Shown: one piece after another, positions 1 to 8,464 of the stretch | How positions within the stretch are numbered: position 1 is the stretch's first letter | How the letters are laid out: every line of letters begins with the position of its first letter | Assembly: GCF_000819765.1 (NCBI RefSeq) | Contig: NZ_CDBT01000061.1 | Coordinates: 61,648 to 85,647 of the forward strand | Direction of reading: 5' to 3' | Source: Aeromonas bivalvium | GTDB lineage: Bacteria > Pseudomonadota > Gammaproteobacteria > Enterobacterales > Aeromonadaceae | DNA: 24,000 bases | Translations under genes and position numbers: made by a program | Notes under the pieces: model-generated | Databases searched by the model: none | Told to the model about the DNA's origin: nothing | What the model saw: the letters and a program-made list of their open reading frames with translations, nothing else

Positions 1-65
1 CTAGCCCGGAGCGCCGCCCCGACAAGCAGGAGCGCCGCCAGCTGATCCGGGTCAAGCAATCCTGA
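1..65 (+). CDS. hslR: 3' end of heat-shock protein 15 (ribosome-associated, S4-domain), truncated by the window start
   Basis: The frame starting at nt 3 reads SPERRPDKQERRQLIRVKQS followed by TGA at 63-65. This resembles the remembered E. coli Hsp15 C-terminal tail (RRPDKKERRDLLRFKHG). It lies directly upstream of hslO, as in E. coli. Confidence 0.7.
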   Translation, partial: SPERRPDKQERRQLIRVKQS

Positions 66-168
66 GCCAGCCCCATGACCCTTGTATGACGACAGGGACC
101 CAAGAAAGTTCACCCCCGGCCACTAAGCGCCGGGCGTCCAAGCCATTACCACCCCGAAGGAAGATGAG

Positions 169-1053
169 ATGAGTCACCAAGATCTGCTGTATCGCTATCT
201 GTTTGAAGAGTACGAAGTGCGGGGTGAGCTGGTCCAGCTGGATAGCACCTACCGCCATGTGGTCGAGGCGCAGAGCTACCCGGTTCAGGTACAGCACCTG
301 CTGGGGGAGCTGCTGGTCGCCACCAGCCTGCTGACCGCCACCCTCAAGTTCGAAGGCTCCATCACGGTGCAGTTGCAGGGGGACGGCCCGGTGCGTCTGG
401 CCGTCATCAACGGCGACCACAACCAGCAGCTGCGCGGCGTGGCCCGCCATGAGGGAGAATTGCCGACGGACGGCAAGCTGCAGAGCCTGATCGGCAACGG
501 CCAGCTGGTGATCACCATCACCCCGGAACAGGGTGAGCGCTATCAGGGCATCATCGCCCTGGAGGCCGACACCCTGGCCGGCTGCCTGGAACAGTACTTC
601 GCCCAGTCCGAACAGCTGGCCACCAAGCTCTGGATCCGCACCGGCCACCTGGACGGCGCCCCCCGTGCCGCCGGCATCCTGCTGCAGGAGCTGCCGGCCC
701 AGAGCGAGGATCACAGTGCCGACTTCGAACACCTGACCCAGCTCACCGCCACCATCAAGGACGAGGAACTGTTTGGTCTGGAGGCCGAGGAGATCCTCTA
801 CCGCCTCTACCACCAGGACAAGGTGCGGGTGTTCGATCCCCAGGCCGTCGCCTTCCGCTGCACCTGCTCCCGGGAGCGCTGCGAGGGTGCCCTGCTGCAG
901 ATAGAGAAGGAAGAGGTGCTCGATATGCTGCAGGAGCAGGGCAAGATAGAGATGCACTGCGACTACTGCGGGGCTCACTATCCTTTTGATGCGATCGATG
1001 TCGAAACCCTGTTCAGCGGGGCTCCCGGTAATGATGCAAACCAGTTACACTAA
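169..1053 (+). CDS. hslO: Hsp33 redox-regulated chaperonin
   Basis: The 294-aa ORF is colinear with remembered E. coli HslO (LLVATSLLTATLKF, VINGxxNQQxRGVAR, ERYQG). It has the C-terminal zinc centre CTCSRERC ... HCDYCG. Confidence 0.95.
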   Translation: MSHQDLLYRYLFEEYEVRGELVQLDSTYRHVVEAQSYPVQVQHLLGELLVATSLLTATLKFEGSITVQLQGDGPVRLAVINGDHNQQLRGVARHEGELPTDGKLQSLIGNGQLVITITPEQGERYQGIIALEADTLAGCLEQYFAQSEQLATKLWIRTGHLDGAPRAAGILLQELPAQSEDHSADFEHLTQLTATIKDEELFGLEAEEILYRLYHQDKVRVFDPQAVAFRCTCSRERCEGALLQIEKEEVLDMLQEQGKIEMHCDYCGAHYPFDAIDVETLFSGAPGNDANQLH

Positions 1054-1055
1054 AT

Positions 1056-1080
1056 AAAGGCGGGGAAACCCGCCTTTAAC
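1056..1080 (+). terminator. Putative intrinsic terminator after hslO
   Basis: Hairpin aaaggcggg-gaaa-cccgccttt lies 3 nt after the stop codon. The trailing T-run is short. Confidence 0.55.
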
Positions 1081-1201
1081 TTAAATAACAAAAAAATACC
1101 CTACTTTATAAAGTTTGATGAAGGTCGCTAAATTCTACCACCTAGGTGGTAGAGTTGATGCCAGATAGAACCCTACACACCTCTGAACCCAGGAGAATAC
1201 A

Positions 1202-2827
1202 ATGACAATCGTGGCAGAACCCACCCTGGCCCAAGGATTACAACTGGAGCAATACGGTATCCATGATGCCGTGGAAATCCTGCGTAACCCCTCCTATGAG
1301 CAACTGTTCGTAGAAGAGACTCGTCCCGACCTCGAAGGTTTCGAGCGCGGGGTGGTGACAGAACTTGGCGCCGTCAATGTCAACACCGGCATCTTTACCG
1401 GTCGCTCCCCGAAAGATAAATATATCGTCAAGGATGGCACTACCCAGGATACTGTGTGGTGGTCCGACCAGGGCAAGAACGATAACAAGGCGATCACCCC
1501 CGAGATATGGGCAGATCTGAAGGCGCTGGTCACCCAGCAGCTCTCCGGCAAACGCCTGTTCGTCATCGACGGCTACTGCGGTGCCAACCCGGACACCCGC
1601 CTGGCGGTGCGCGTCATCACCGAGGTGGCCTGGCAGGCACACTTCGTCAAGAACATGTTCATCCGCCCGAGCGAGGAAGAGCTCAAGAGCTTCAAACCGG
1701 ACTTCGTGGTGATGAACGGTGCCAAGTGCACCAACCCGAACTGGCAGGCCCAGGGTCTCAACTCAGAGAACTTCGTCGCCTTCAACCTGACCGAGAAGAT
1801 CCAGCTCATCGGCGGCACCTGGTACGGTGGCGAGATGAAGAAGGGCATGTTCTCCATGATGAACTACTTCCTGCCCCTGCGCGGCATCGCTTCCATGCAC
1901 TGCTCCGCCAACGTGGGTCAGGATGGGGACGTGGCCATCTTCTTCGGCCTGTCCGGCACCGGCAAGACCACCCTCTCCACCGATCCCAAGCGCCAGCTCA
2001 TCGGCGATGACGAGCACGGCTGGGACGACGACGGCGTGTTCAACTTCGAAGGGGGCTGCTACGCCAAGACCATCAAGCTCTCCAGGGAAGCCGAGCCGGA
2101 CATCTACAACGCCATCCGCCGCGATGCGCTGCTGGAGAACGTGACCGTGGCGGCCGACGGTACCATCGACTTCGATGATGGCTCCAAGACCGAGAACACC
2201 CGGGTCTCCTACCCCATCTATCACATCGACAACATCGTCAAGCCGGTCTCCAAGGCGGGTCACGCCACCAAGGTGATCTTCCTGACCGCCGACGCCTTCG
2301 GTGTGCTGCCTCCGGTCGCCAAGCTGACCAAGGAGCAGACCAAGTACCACTTCCTGTCCGGCTTCACCGCCAAGCTGGCCGGCACCGAGCGCGGCATCAC
2401 AGAGCCGACCCCGACCTTCTCCTCCTGCTTCGGCGCGGCCTTCCTCAGCCTGCACCCGACCAAGTACGGTGAAGAACTGGTCAAGCGGATGGAAGCGTCC
2501 GGCGCCGAGGCCTATCTGGTCAACACCGGCTGGAACGGCACCGGCAAGCGCATCTCCATCAAGGACACCCGCGCCATCATAGACGCCATCCTGGATGGAT
2601 CCATCGAGCAGGCCGACACCAAGATGCTGCCCATCTTCAATCTGGAAGTGCCGACCGCGCTGCACGATGTGAACCCGGCCATCCTGGATCCTCGTGACAC
2701 TTACGCCGACAAGGCCGAGTGGGATGCCAAGGCCGTGGATCTGGCAGGGCGCTTCATCAAGAACTTCGAGCGCTTCACCGACAACGACGAAGGCAAGCGC
2801 CTGGTCGCCGCGGGTCCTCAGCTGTAA
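1202..2827 (+). CDS. pckA: Phosphoenolpyruvate carboxykinase (ATP)
   Basis: The 541-aa ORF is near-colinear with remembered E. coli PckA, including the kinase-1a loop [11 protein letters not shown], plus GDDEHGW and [24 protein letters not shown]. An AGGAG RBS precedes the ATG. Confidence 0.97.
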   Translation: MTIVAEPTLAQGLQLEQYGIHDAVEILRNPSYEQLFVEETRPDLEGFERGVVTELGAVNVNTGIFTGRSPKDKYIVKDGTTQDTVWWSDQGKNDNKAITPEIWADLKALVTQQLSGKRLFVIDGYCGANPDTRLAVRVITEVAWQAHFVKNMFIRPSEEELKSFKPDFVVMNGAKCTNPNWQAQGLNSENFVAFNLTEKIQLIGGTWYGGEMKKGMFSMMNYFLPLRGIASMHCSANVGQDGDVAIFFGLSGTGKTTLSTDPKRQLIGDDEHGWDDDGVFNFEGGCYAKTIKLSREAEPDIYNAIRRDALLENVTVAADGTIDFDDGSKTENTRVSYPIYHIDNIVKPVSKAGHATKVIFLTADAFGVLPPVAKLTKEQTKYHFLSGFTAKLAGTERGITEPTPTFSSCFGAAFLSLHPTKYGEELVKRMEASGAEAYLVNTGWNGTGKRISIKDTRAIIDAILDGSIEQADTKMLPIFNLEVPTALHDVNPAILDPRDTYADKAEWDAKAVDLAGRFIKNFERFTDNDEGKRLVAAGPQL

Positions 2828-2848
2828 CGACCCCAGCCAGCCATGATC

Positions 2849-2881
2849 AGACCGGCCAGCTCAGCTGGCCGGTCTTTTTTT
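2849..2881 (+). terminator. Intrinsic terminator after pckA
   Basis: A perfect 12-bp stem, agaccggccagc-tca-gctggccggtct, is followed by a T6-7 run. Confidence 0.85.
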
Positions 2882-2992
2882 CGCCTCGCTCCGGCAATTC
2901 CCCCGGCCAGCCTTGCCATGGGCACGCCCGCGCGTTAGATTCAGCCACACTTTATACAATATACAATTTTGCAACCTGCCCCAGATGCAACC

Positions 2993-3658
2993 ATGAGCCC
3001 GACCTACAAGACCCGCACCCATATGGTGGCGGACAGCCTGAGGACCAGGATCCTGCGGGGCGACCTTCCCGCCGGGGCGCCCCTGCGTCAGGACGCCATC
3101 GCCAAAGAGCTGGCAGTGAGCCGCATCCCGGTGCGCGAGGCCTTGATGCAGCTGGAAGTCCAGGGGCTGGTGAAGTTCGAGCCCCATCGCGGCGCCGTGG
3201 TCACCCGGCTGGATCCGGACGCCGTGGCCGAGCTCTTTTATTTGCGGGCCCTGCTGGAAGCCGATACCCTGTTCCACGCCGTCGATCTGATGACGGAGGA
3301 GACCTTCGTCAACGCCCAGGCCATTCTCGATCAGTTCGATGCCGCGCTCGCATCGGGTACCCAGGTCGAGCATTGGGCCGAGCTCAATCACAGCTTCCAT
3401 GCCACCCTCTACCAGGCCGCCAATCGCCCCCAGGCGATGGAGCTGATCGCCCAGATCAACCTGAGTTGCGACCGCTACGTGCGCTTCGAGCTGCTGTTTG
3501 CCCAGAACGGGGCAGACAAGGCGGAGCGGGAACACGCCGAGCTGCTGGCCCTGTGCCGGGCGAGGCGCAAACACGAGGCCGCCGTCCTGCTCAAGCAGCA
3601 CATACAGGCAGCCGGTCACTCCGTCGGCCACATGCTGAGCCGCGGCAAACCCGGCTGA
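2993..3658 (+). CDS. GntR-family transcriptional regulator with an FCD (FadR-type) C-terminal domain
   Basis: The N-terminal winged helix is typical of GntR (LRTRILRGDLPAGAPLRQDAIAKELAVSRIPVREALMQLEVQGLVKFEPHRGAVV). The helical FCD-like C-terminus contains FHATLY. The track ORF opens at a TTG at 2969; the first ATG is at 2993. Confidence 0.85.
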   Translation: MSPTYKTRTHMVADSLRTRILRGDLPAGAPLRQDAIAKELAVSRIPVREALMQLEVQGLVKFEPHRGAVVTRLDPDAVAELFYLRALLEADTLFHAVDLMTEETFVNAQAILDQFDAALASGTQVEHWAELNHSFHATLYQAANRPQAMELIAQINLSCDRYVRFELLFAQNGADKAEREHAELLALCRARRKHEAAVLLKQHIQAAGHSVGHMLSRGKPG

Positions 3659-3693
3659 ACCCTCTCATCGACCAACCATCTGGCAACTACGAC

Positions 3694-5496
3694 ATGAACC
3701 ATTTCGAGATCATTGCAGCCCGCGTCGCCCAGGTCAGGGCCACCCTGGCCCAGCAGGAGCTGGACGCCTTCATCGTGCCCCATGATGACGAACATCTGGG
3801 AGAATACATTCCGGCCCATGCCGAGCGCCTCGCCTGGCTGACCGGGTTCAATGGCTCGGCGGGCCTGGCCATCATACTGCCCCAGCAGGCGGCCCTGTTC
3901 GTCGATGGCCGCTACACGGTACAGGCCAGATTGCAGAGCCCGGCAGAGACCTTTTCCTTCCTGCACCTGGTCGATGATCCCCACATCGACTGGCTCGCAC
4001 AGCAGCTGGACTCCGGTACCCGGGTCGGCTTCGATCCCCGTCTGCACAGCCTGACCTGGTACCAGAACGCCAAGGCCCAGCTCGGCGAGCACGGCATCGA
4101 GCTCATCGCCGTCACCGACAACCCCATCGACCTGCACTGGAGCGATCGCCCCGCCCCCGGCAAGCATCCGGTCATCCTCTACAGCGAGGCGCTGGCGGGT
4201 CAGTCGAGCCAGGCCAAGCGCGAGCTGCTGGCGAGCGATCTGCGCAAACGCGGGCTGGATGCGGTGCTGCTGACCCAGGCCGAACCCATCAACTGGCTGC
4301 TCAACCTGAGAGGTCGCGACGTGGAGCGACTGCCGGTAGTGTTGGGGTATGCCGTGCTCTATGCCAACGCCAGCATGGATTTCATCGTCGATACCGACAA
4401 GCTGGACTGCATCGCCTTCAGCCAGCACGCGGGGCAGGATGTCTCCGTCTACCCCATCGACAAGCTGGGCGCCCTGCTCAGACGCATAGGGAGCGATCAG
4501 CAACGGGTGCTGGCCGACCCGAACAGCGCCAATGCCTGGACCCAGCTCACCATGGAAGAGGCGGGCGCCATCCTGGTGGCGGGCCAGGATCCCACCATGC
4601 TGCCCAAGGCGTGCAAGAACGACGTGGAGCTGGCCGGCATGCGCGCCGCTCACCTGCGCGATGGCGTCGCCGTCACCCGCTTCCTCGCCTGGCTGGATCG
4701 GCTGATCGCCGCCGGCGAATTCGACGGGGTGGACGAGGGCACCCTGGCCGACCAGCTGGAGGCTTTCCGCCGCGAGCAGGAACACTATGTCGAGCCGAGC
4801 TTCGACACCATCTCAGCGCTCGGCCCCAATGCCGCCATGTGCCACTATCGCCACTCCAACGGGGTGCCGCGCCCCTTCGGCCAGGATGCCATCTATCTGG
4901 TGGACTCCGGCGGCCAGTATCTGGATGGCACCACCGACATCACCCGAACCGTCAAGGTGGGCGAGGTGAGCGCCGAGCACAAGGCCATGTTCACCCGGGT
5001 GCTGCAGGGCCACATCGCCCTGGATCAGGCCCGCTTCCCCCGTGGCACCTCGGGCATCCAGCTCGACGTGCTGGCCCGCATGCCCCTGTGGCAGGCCGGT
5101 TACAACTATGACCACGGCACAGGCCACGGGGTCGGCCACTTCCTGAGTGTGCACGAGGGTCCCCAGCGCATCTCTCCCAAAGGCAGCCTGGTGCCCCTGA
5201 TGCCGGGCATGGTGCTCTCCAACGAGCCGGGCTACTACCGGGAGGATGGGTTCGGCATTCGCTGCGAGAACCTGGAGATAGTGGTGGAACTGCCCGGCCA
5301 GGGGGAACTGGCCATGCTGGGCTTCGAGCGGCTGACCTATGTGCCGTTCGATACGCGTCTCATCGACCGCGACCTGCTGAGCCCGGCCGAGTTTCGCTGG
5401 ATCAACGAGTACCATGCCGAGGTCCATCGTCGACTGAGCCCGCTGCTGGAGGGCGAGGATCTCGCCTGGCTGGAGCAGGCCACCCGCCTTCTCTGA
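3694..5496 (+). CDS. M24B-family Xaa-Pro aminopeptidase (aminopeptidase P-like, ~600 aa)
   Basis: This is the C-terminal part of track ORF 2719..5496. The homologous protein begins at MNHFEIIAARV (ATG at 3694), 35 nt after the GntR stop. It has the pita-bread fold metal-ligand motifs HGTGHGVGHFLSVHEGP and SNEPGYY. The upstream 325 codons are Arg/Pro-rich read-through overlapping the GntR gene in another frame. Confidence 0.9.
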   Translation: MNHFEIIAARVAQVRATLAQQELDAFIVPHDDEHLGEYIPAHAERLAWLTGFNGSAGLAIILPQQAALFVDGRYTVQARLQSPAETFSFLHLVDDPHIDWLAQQLDSGTRVGFDPRLHSLTWYQNAKAQLGEHGIELIAVTDNPIDLHWSDRPAPGKHPVILYSEALAGQSSQAKRELLASDLRKRGLDAVLLTQAEPINWLLNLRGRDVERLPVVLGYAVLYANASMDFIVDTDKLDCIAFSQHAGQDVSVYPIDKLGALLRRIGSDQQRVLADPNSANAWTQLTMEEAGAILVAGQDPTMLPKACKNDVELAGMRAAHLRDGVAVTRFLAWLDRLIAAGEFDGVDEGTLADQLEAFRREQEHYVEPSFDTISALGPNAAMCHYRHSNGVPRPFGQDAIYLVDSGGQYLDGTTDITRTVKVGEVSAEHKAMFTRVLQGHIALDQARFPRGTSGIQLDVLARMPLWQAGYNYDHGTGHGVGHFLSVHEGPQRISPKGSLVPLMPGMVLSNEPGYYREDGFGIRCENLEIVVELPGQGELAMLGFERLTYVPFDTRLIDRDLLSPAEFRWINEYHAEVHRRLSPLLEGEDLAWLEQATRLL

Positions 5497-5511
5497 GGCA
5501 ATGCCACTACC

Positions 5512-5537
5512 ACAGGGCCTTCGGGCCCTGTTCTGTT
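5512..5537 (+). terminator. Putative terminator after the aminopeptidase gene
   Basis: Hairpin acagggcc-ttcg-ggccctgt is followed by a tctgtt tail. Confidence 0.5.
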
Positions 5538-5641
5538 GCGAGAGCATCGGGAGCGCCCGCTCCCTTGAATCCCCTCCGGGCAGGGGCTACCCTTGCCGGC
5601 CGAGTGCCGCCCATCGGCGGCCCATTCACCGAGGAGATCCC

Positions 5642-6118
5642 GTGACCCCCATCCTTAGAGTCGCCAGCCCGGCCGACATGCACGCCATCTGGCAGATAGA
5701 GCGCCAGGTCTTCGGTGACGCCGTCTACCCCGACTTCTTCTTTCGCCAGGCCATGGATCTGTGGCCGGACTTGCTGCTGGTGGCCGAGCGCGATGGCCAG
5801 CTGCTCGGCTATGGCCTCGGCGGCGTGGGACAAGAGGGAACCCAGGGCTGGCTGCTCTCCCTGGCCGTGCTGCCCCAGGCCCGCGGTCTCGGCCTGGCCG
5901 CGGCCATCATCACCCGCCTGGAACAGGCCCTGCTGGCACAAGGGTGCCGCCGGGTACGCCTGACGGTGGATCCGGCCAACCCGGCCCGGCGCCTCTACCA
6001 GCGGCTCGGTTACCGCGAGCTGGCCCGGGATCCCGCCTATTTCGGCCCGGGGGAAGCGCGATGCCTGCTCGAACATGCGCTCGCCCCCCAGGCGGAGGAA
6101 GCGCGCGACAGACCATGA
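5642..6118 (+). CDS. GNAT-family N-acetyltransferase (RimI-like)
   Basis: The acetyl-CoA binding motif is present (LAVLPQARGLGLAAAII ... RLYQRLGY). A GTG start at 5642 is preceded by GAGGAG at 5631-5636 with a 5-nt spacer. The track ORF start at 5501 adds a non-homologous leader. Confidence 0.85.
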   Translation: MTPILRVASPADMHAIWQIERQVFGDAVYPDFFFRQAMDLWPDLLLVAERDGQLLGYGLGGVGQEGTQGWLLSLAVLPQARGLGLAAAIITRLEQALLAQGCRRVRLTVDPANPARRLYQRLGYRELARDPAYFGPGEARCLLEHALAPQAEEARDRP

Positions 6119-6278
6119 CGGGGCCCAGGCGCCGCGGATGGCGAATATCCCCACCGCCCCCTGATGGACTCCCTGCCATGGCACATACTTGGTTACACTT
6201 TTGGGGTGCCATCCTGGCGAAGAGGGGGGTAGAGTGGCCCCGAACGCCCAATTTGTAGTCAAGTTCAGGAGAACCATC

Positions 6279-6743
6279 ATGTTGCAACGACTGACCCTCA
6301 TCCTCCTGCTGGCCACCGCCATCACAGGTTGCGCCAACAGCGACGTCTATTCCGGCGACGTCTACACCAAAGACAGGGCCAAGCAGGTGCAGACCGTCAA
6401 CTACGGCACCATCCTCTCCACCCGTCCGGTCAAGATCCAGGCGGAGGAGAACTCCATCCTCGGCACCATAGGGGGCGGCGTGGTCGGTGGCCTGCTCGGC
6501 AGCACCATTGGTGGCGGCACGGGCCGCAGCCTGGCCGCCGCAGGGGGAGCCATCGCCGGCGCCGCCGCCGGCAAGGCCGCCGGTGACAAGCTCAATCAGG
6601 TCGATGGCGTCGAGCTGGAGATCAAGCAGGACAATGGCAGCACCATAGTGGTGGTGCAAAAGGCCAGCCCCACCTTCGTGCCCGGCGCCAGGGTTCGCCT
6701 GACCCAGGGCAATGGCAGCGTCAACGTCGCCGTGGTGCCCTGA
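6279..6743 (+). CDS. slyB: Outer-membrane lipoprotein SlyB (glycine-zipper 2TM family)
   Basis: It begins MLQRLTLILLLATAITGC (lipobox ITGC). SGDVYTKDRAKQVQTVNYGTI and the glycine zipper GGGVVGGLLGSTIGGGTGRSLAAAGGAIAG match remembered E. coli SlyB. An AGGAG RBS lies at 6266-6270. Confidence 0.9.
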   Translation: MLQRLTLILLLATAITGCANSDVYSGDVYTKDRAKQVQTVNYGTILSTRPVKIQAEENSILGTIGGGVVGGLLGSTIGGGTGRSLAAAGGAIAGAAAGKAAGDKLNQVDGVELEIKQDNGSTIVVVQKASPTFVPGARVRLTQGNGSVNVAVVP

Positions 6744-6758
6744 TAACAGCACCCCACG

Positions 6759-6787
6759 AAAAAGCCCTCGCACTGCGAGGGCTTTTT
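6759..6787. terminator. Bidirectional intrinsic terminator shared by convergent slyB and argO
   Basis: The hairpin aaaaagccctcg-cactg-cgagggcttttt has an A-tract on its left and a T-tract on its right. It sits between the two stop codons at 6743 and 6804. Confidence 0.85.
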
Positions 6788-6803
6788 GTTGACCACAGCC
6801 GCG

Positions 6804-7421
6804 CTAGGCCCCCAGGGCGCCCCTCGCCAGTTGCAGTGCCAACCCGAGCATGATAAGGCCGACCAGGGCGTCGATCACCCGCTGCACCCGGCCCCGGGCC
6901 AGCCAGGGGGAGAGGGCCGCCGCCCCCAGCGCCAGACCGTAGAACCAGACCAGGGAGGCCAGCATGGCCCCCGCCGCAAAGGCGGGGCGCAGGGGTTCGG
7001 CAAACTGGCTGCCGAGGGAGCCCAGCAGCATCAGGGTATCCAGATAGACATGGGGGTTGAGCAGGGTCACCCCCAGCGTCATGGCCAGCACGCTCTTGAC
7101 CCCCATCCGCTGGGGTGAGTCCGCCAGGGCAGCCCCCTGACCACGCCAGGCACTGCCCAGGGAGCGCGCTCCGAACCAGCCGAGAAACAGCACGCCGCCC
7201 CAGGTCAGCAGCGCCAGCCCCAGCGGGCTCGCCGCCAACAGGCTGGCACCCCCGAACACCCCTATCCCGATCAGGATGAGATCGCAGAAACAGCAGAGGG
7301 TCGCCGTCAGCAGGTGGTGGTTGCGGTGGATGCCCCGGCTCAGCACGAAGGCATTTTGGGCTCCGATTGGAATTATCATGGCAAGGCCCAACAGAAAGCC
7401 TTGTAAACTGGTCGCCATCAT
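6804..7421 (-). CDS. argO: LysE-family arginine exporter
   Basis: The 205-aa ORF is colinear with remembered E. coli ArgO/YggA ([21 protein letters not shown]... versus LQGFLLGLAMIIPIGAQNAFV...; LTWGGVLFL). Confidence 0.9.
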   Translation of the reverse strand: MMATSLQGFLLGLAMIIPIGAQNAFVLSRGIHRNHHLLTATLCCFCDLILIGIGVFGGASLLAASPLGLALLTWGGVLFLGWFGARSLGSAWRGQGAALADSPQRMGVKSVLAMTLGVTLLNPHVYLDTLMLLGSLGSQFAEPLRPAFAAGAMLASLVWFYGLALGAAALSPWLARGRVQRVIDALVGLIMLGLALQLARGALGA

Positions 7422-7439
7422 GGTGCGAGTCCCTCACAG

Positions 7440-7520
7440 AAGATGGCGGCAGTATGGAGAAAACGAGAAATTAAGAGAAATTCATTAATTTTCTTGTTGA
7501 TTCGAAAATTTAATAAATTC
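7440..7520 (-). promoter_or_regulatory. AT-rich argO upstream region and candidate ArgP operator
   Basis: This is the only AT-rich stretch between the argO start (7421) and the ahyR stop (7626). Three GAGAAA direct repeats lie at 7457, 7465 and 7475. An imperfect dyad agaaatt-catt-aattttct is also present. Confidence 0.4.
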
Positions 7521-7625
7521 GGTGGGCAAGGGTGGCAGAGTGCCTTCTGGCGCAGTCAATGACGGCAGGAGAACGCCTCCTGCCACTGCCCCGACGGGCC
7601 TGGAGATCGACCAATGGGAAGGGAA

Positions 7626-8405
7626 TCATTGCAGCTGGCGCGGGAAATTGGTGACCACCACCTCCTCCAGGTTGGGCAGCAGTATGCCGCTGCTCACCCC
7701 TTTGGCGATGGCCTGGTAGCGGTTGATGGAGTCTGTCTTGCGGGTCACCTGGTTGAGGTGGTAGTTCACGGTGCGTTCCGTGATCCCGAGGATGCTGGCG
7801 ATCTCGCTCGAGGTCTTGCCCTCGCTGGCCCAGGAGAGACACTCGGTCTCCCGCATCGTCAGCACCTCCTGCCCCCCCTCCCGCGCGCCGATCCGCACGG
7901 TGCGCAGGGCGGCATCGAAGATATAGGTCGACATCCAGGAGAGCACGGGGGAAGACTCCAGCAGCAGGTCGCTGGAGGCCCGCTCCCGGGTGATGAAGGA
8001 GAGGATGCCGCTCTCGCCGGTCGGCCCGTGCAGGGGGAAGGAGACGCCGTTGCGCAGGCCGAATTCCGCCGCCAGCCCCATCACGTCCAGGCTGCCCGCT
8101 TGCAGGAAGCGCGCCTTCTCGTCGAGCCGGTTCCAGTAGATGGGCAGGGTCTGCTGGCGGGCGAGTTGTATGATGGGGTCCCGGGCCAGCATGTGCTGCG
8201 CCGTGTAGGCCTGCACCCAGGAGTCGGGGCACTGGTTGAACAGCACCACCTTGGGGTGCTGCATCGACCTTGGCAGGATCAGGGCGAAGCGAAAGTAGTC
8301 ATATCCCATGGCGACGGCGAAGCGCCCGATCAGCCTGGACAATTGGTCCCCGTCCGTGGCCGTGGTAAACAGTTCGAGGTATTCGAGCAACTGAGTCTGT
8401 TTCAT
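7626..8405 (-). CDS. ahyR: LuxR-family acyl-homoserine-lactone receptor and transcriptional regulator
   Basis: The 259-aa ORF strongly matches remembered Aeromonas AhyR (MKQxQLLEYLE, GYDYxRFALIxP, KVVLFNQCPDSWVQAYTAxHML, DPIIQLARxQTLPIYWNRLDE). It has the C-terminal HTH TERTVNYHLNQVTRKT. Confidence 0.95.
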   Translation of the reverse strand: MKQTQLLEYLELFTTATDGDQLSRLIGRFAVAMGYDYFRFALILPRSMQHPKVVLFNQCPDSWVQAYTAQHMLARDPIIQLARQQTLPIYWNRLDEKARFLQAGSLDVMGLAAEFGLRNGVSFPLHGPTGESGILSFITRERASSDLLLESSPVLSWMSTYIFDAALRTVRIGAREGGQEVLTMRETECLSWASEGKTSSEIASILGITERTVNYHLNQVTRKTDSINRYQAIAKGVSSGILLPNLEEVVVTNFPRQLQ

Positions 8406-8464
8406 CTTGATCCCCTTCCCGAGGCCGAAATTATAGCGCCCTTCCTGACTCTGGAGTGATCCGT
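8406..8464. promoter_or_regulatory. 59-bp ahyR/ahyI divergent control region
   Basis: TATAAT reads on the minus strand at 8435..8430. It shares its AT core with a plus-strand TTATAG/TATAGC at 8431-8437. A TTGATC -35-like hexamer lies at 8407-8412. CCCTTCC direct repeats lie at 8413 and 8439. GGAG at 8453-8456 acts as the SD for ahyI. I could not see a clear 20-bp lux-box palindrome. Confidence 0.5.

Noticed and set aside
2719-3693. N-terminal 325 codons of the 925-aa ORF 2719..5496.
   Set aside because: The sequence is Arg/Pro/Gly-rich read-through that overlaps the pckA 3' end, a strong terminator and the GntR gene in another frame. Homology to M24 aminopeptidases begins only at the ATG at 3694.
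6190-6215. PhoP box upstream of slyB (tGGTTAcacttTTGGGG), because slyB is PhoP-regulated in enterics.
   Set aside because: Only the first half-site resembles (T/G)GTTTA; the second is poor.
6721-7437. 238-aa minus-strand ORF overlapping argO in another frame, together with plus-strand ORFs 6786..7118 and 6329..6586.
   Set aside because: They are out-of-frame overlaps of clear argO and slyB homologues, with Pro/Arg/Gly-rich composition.
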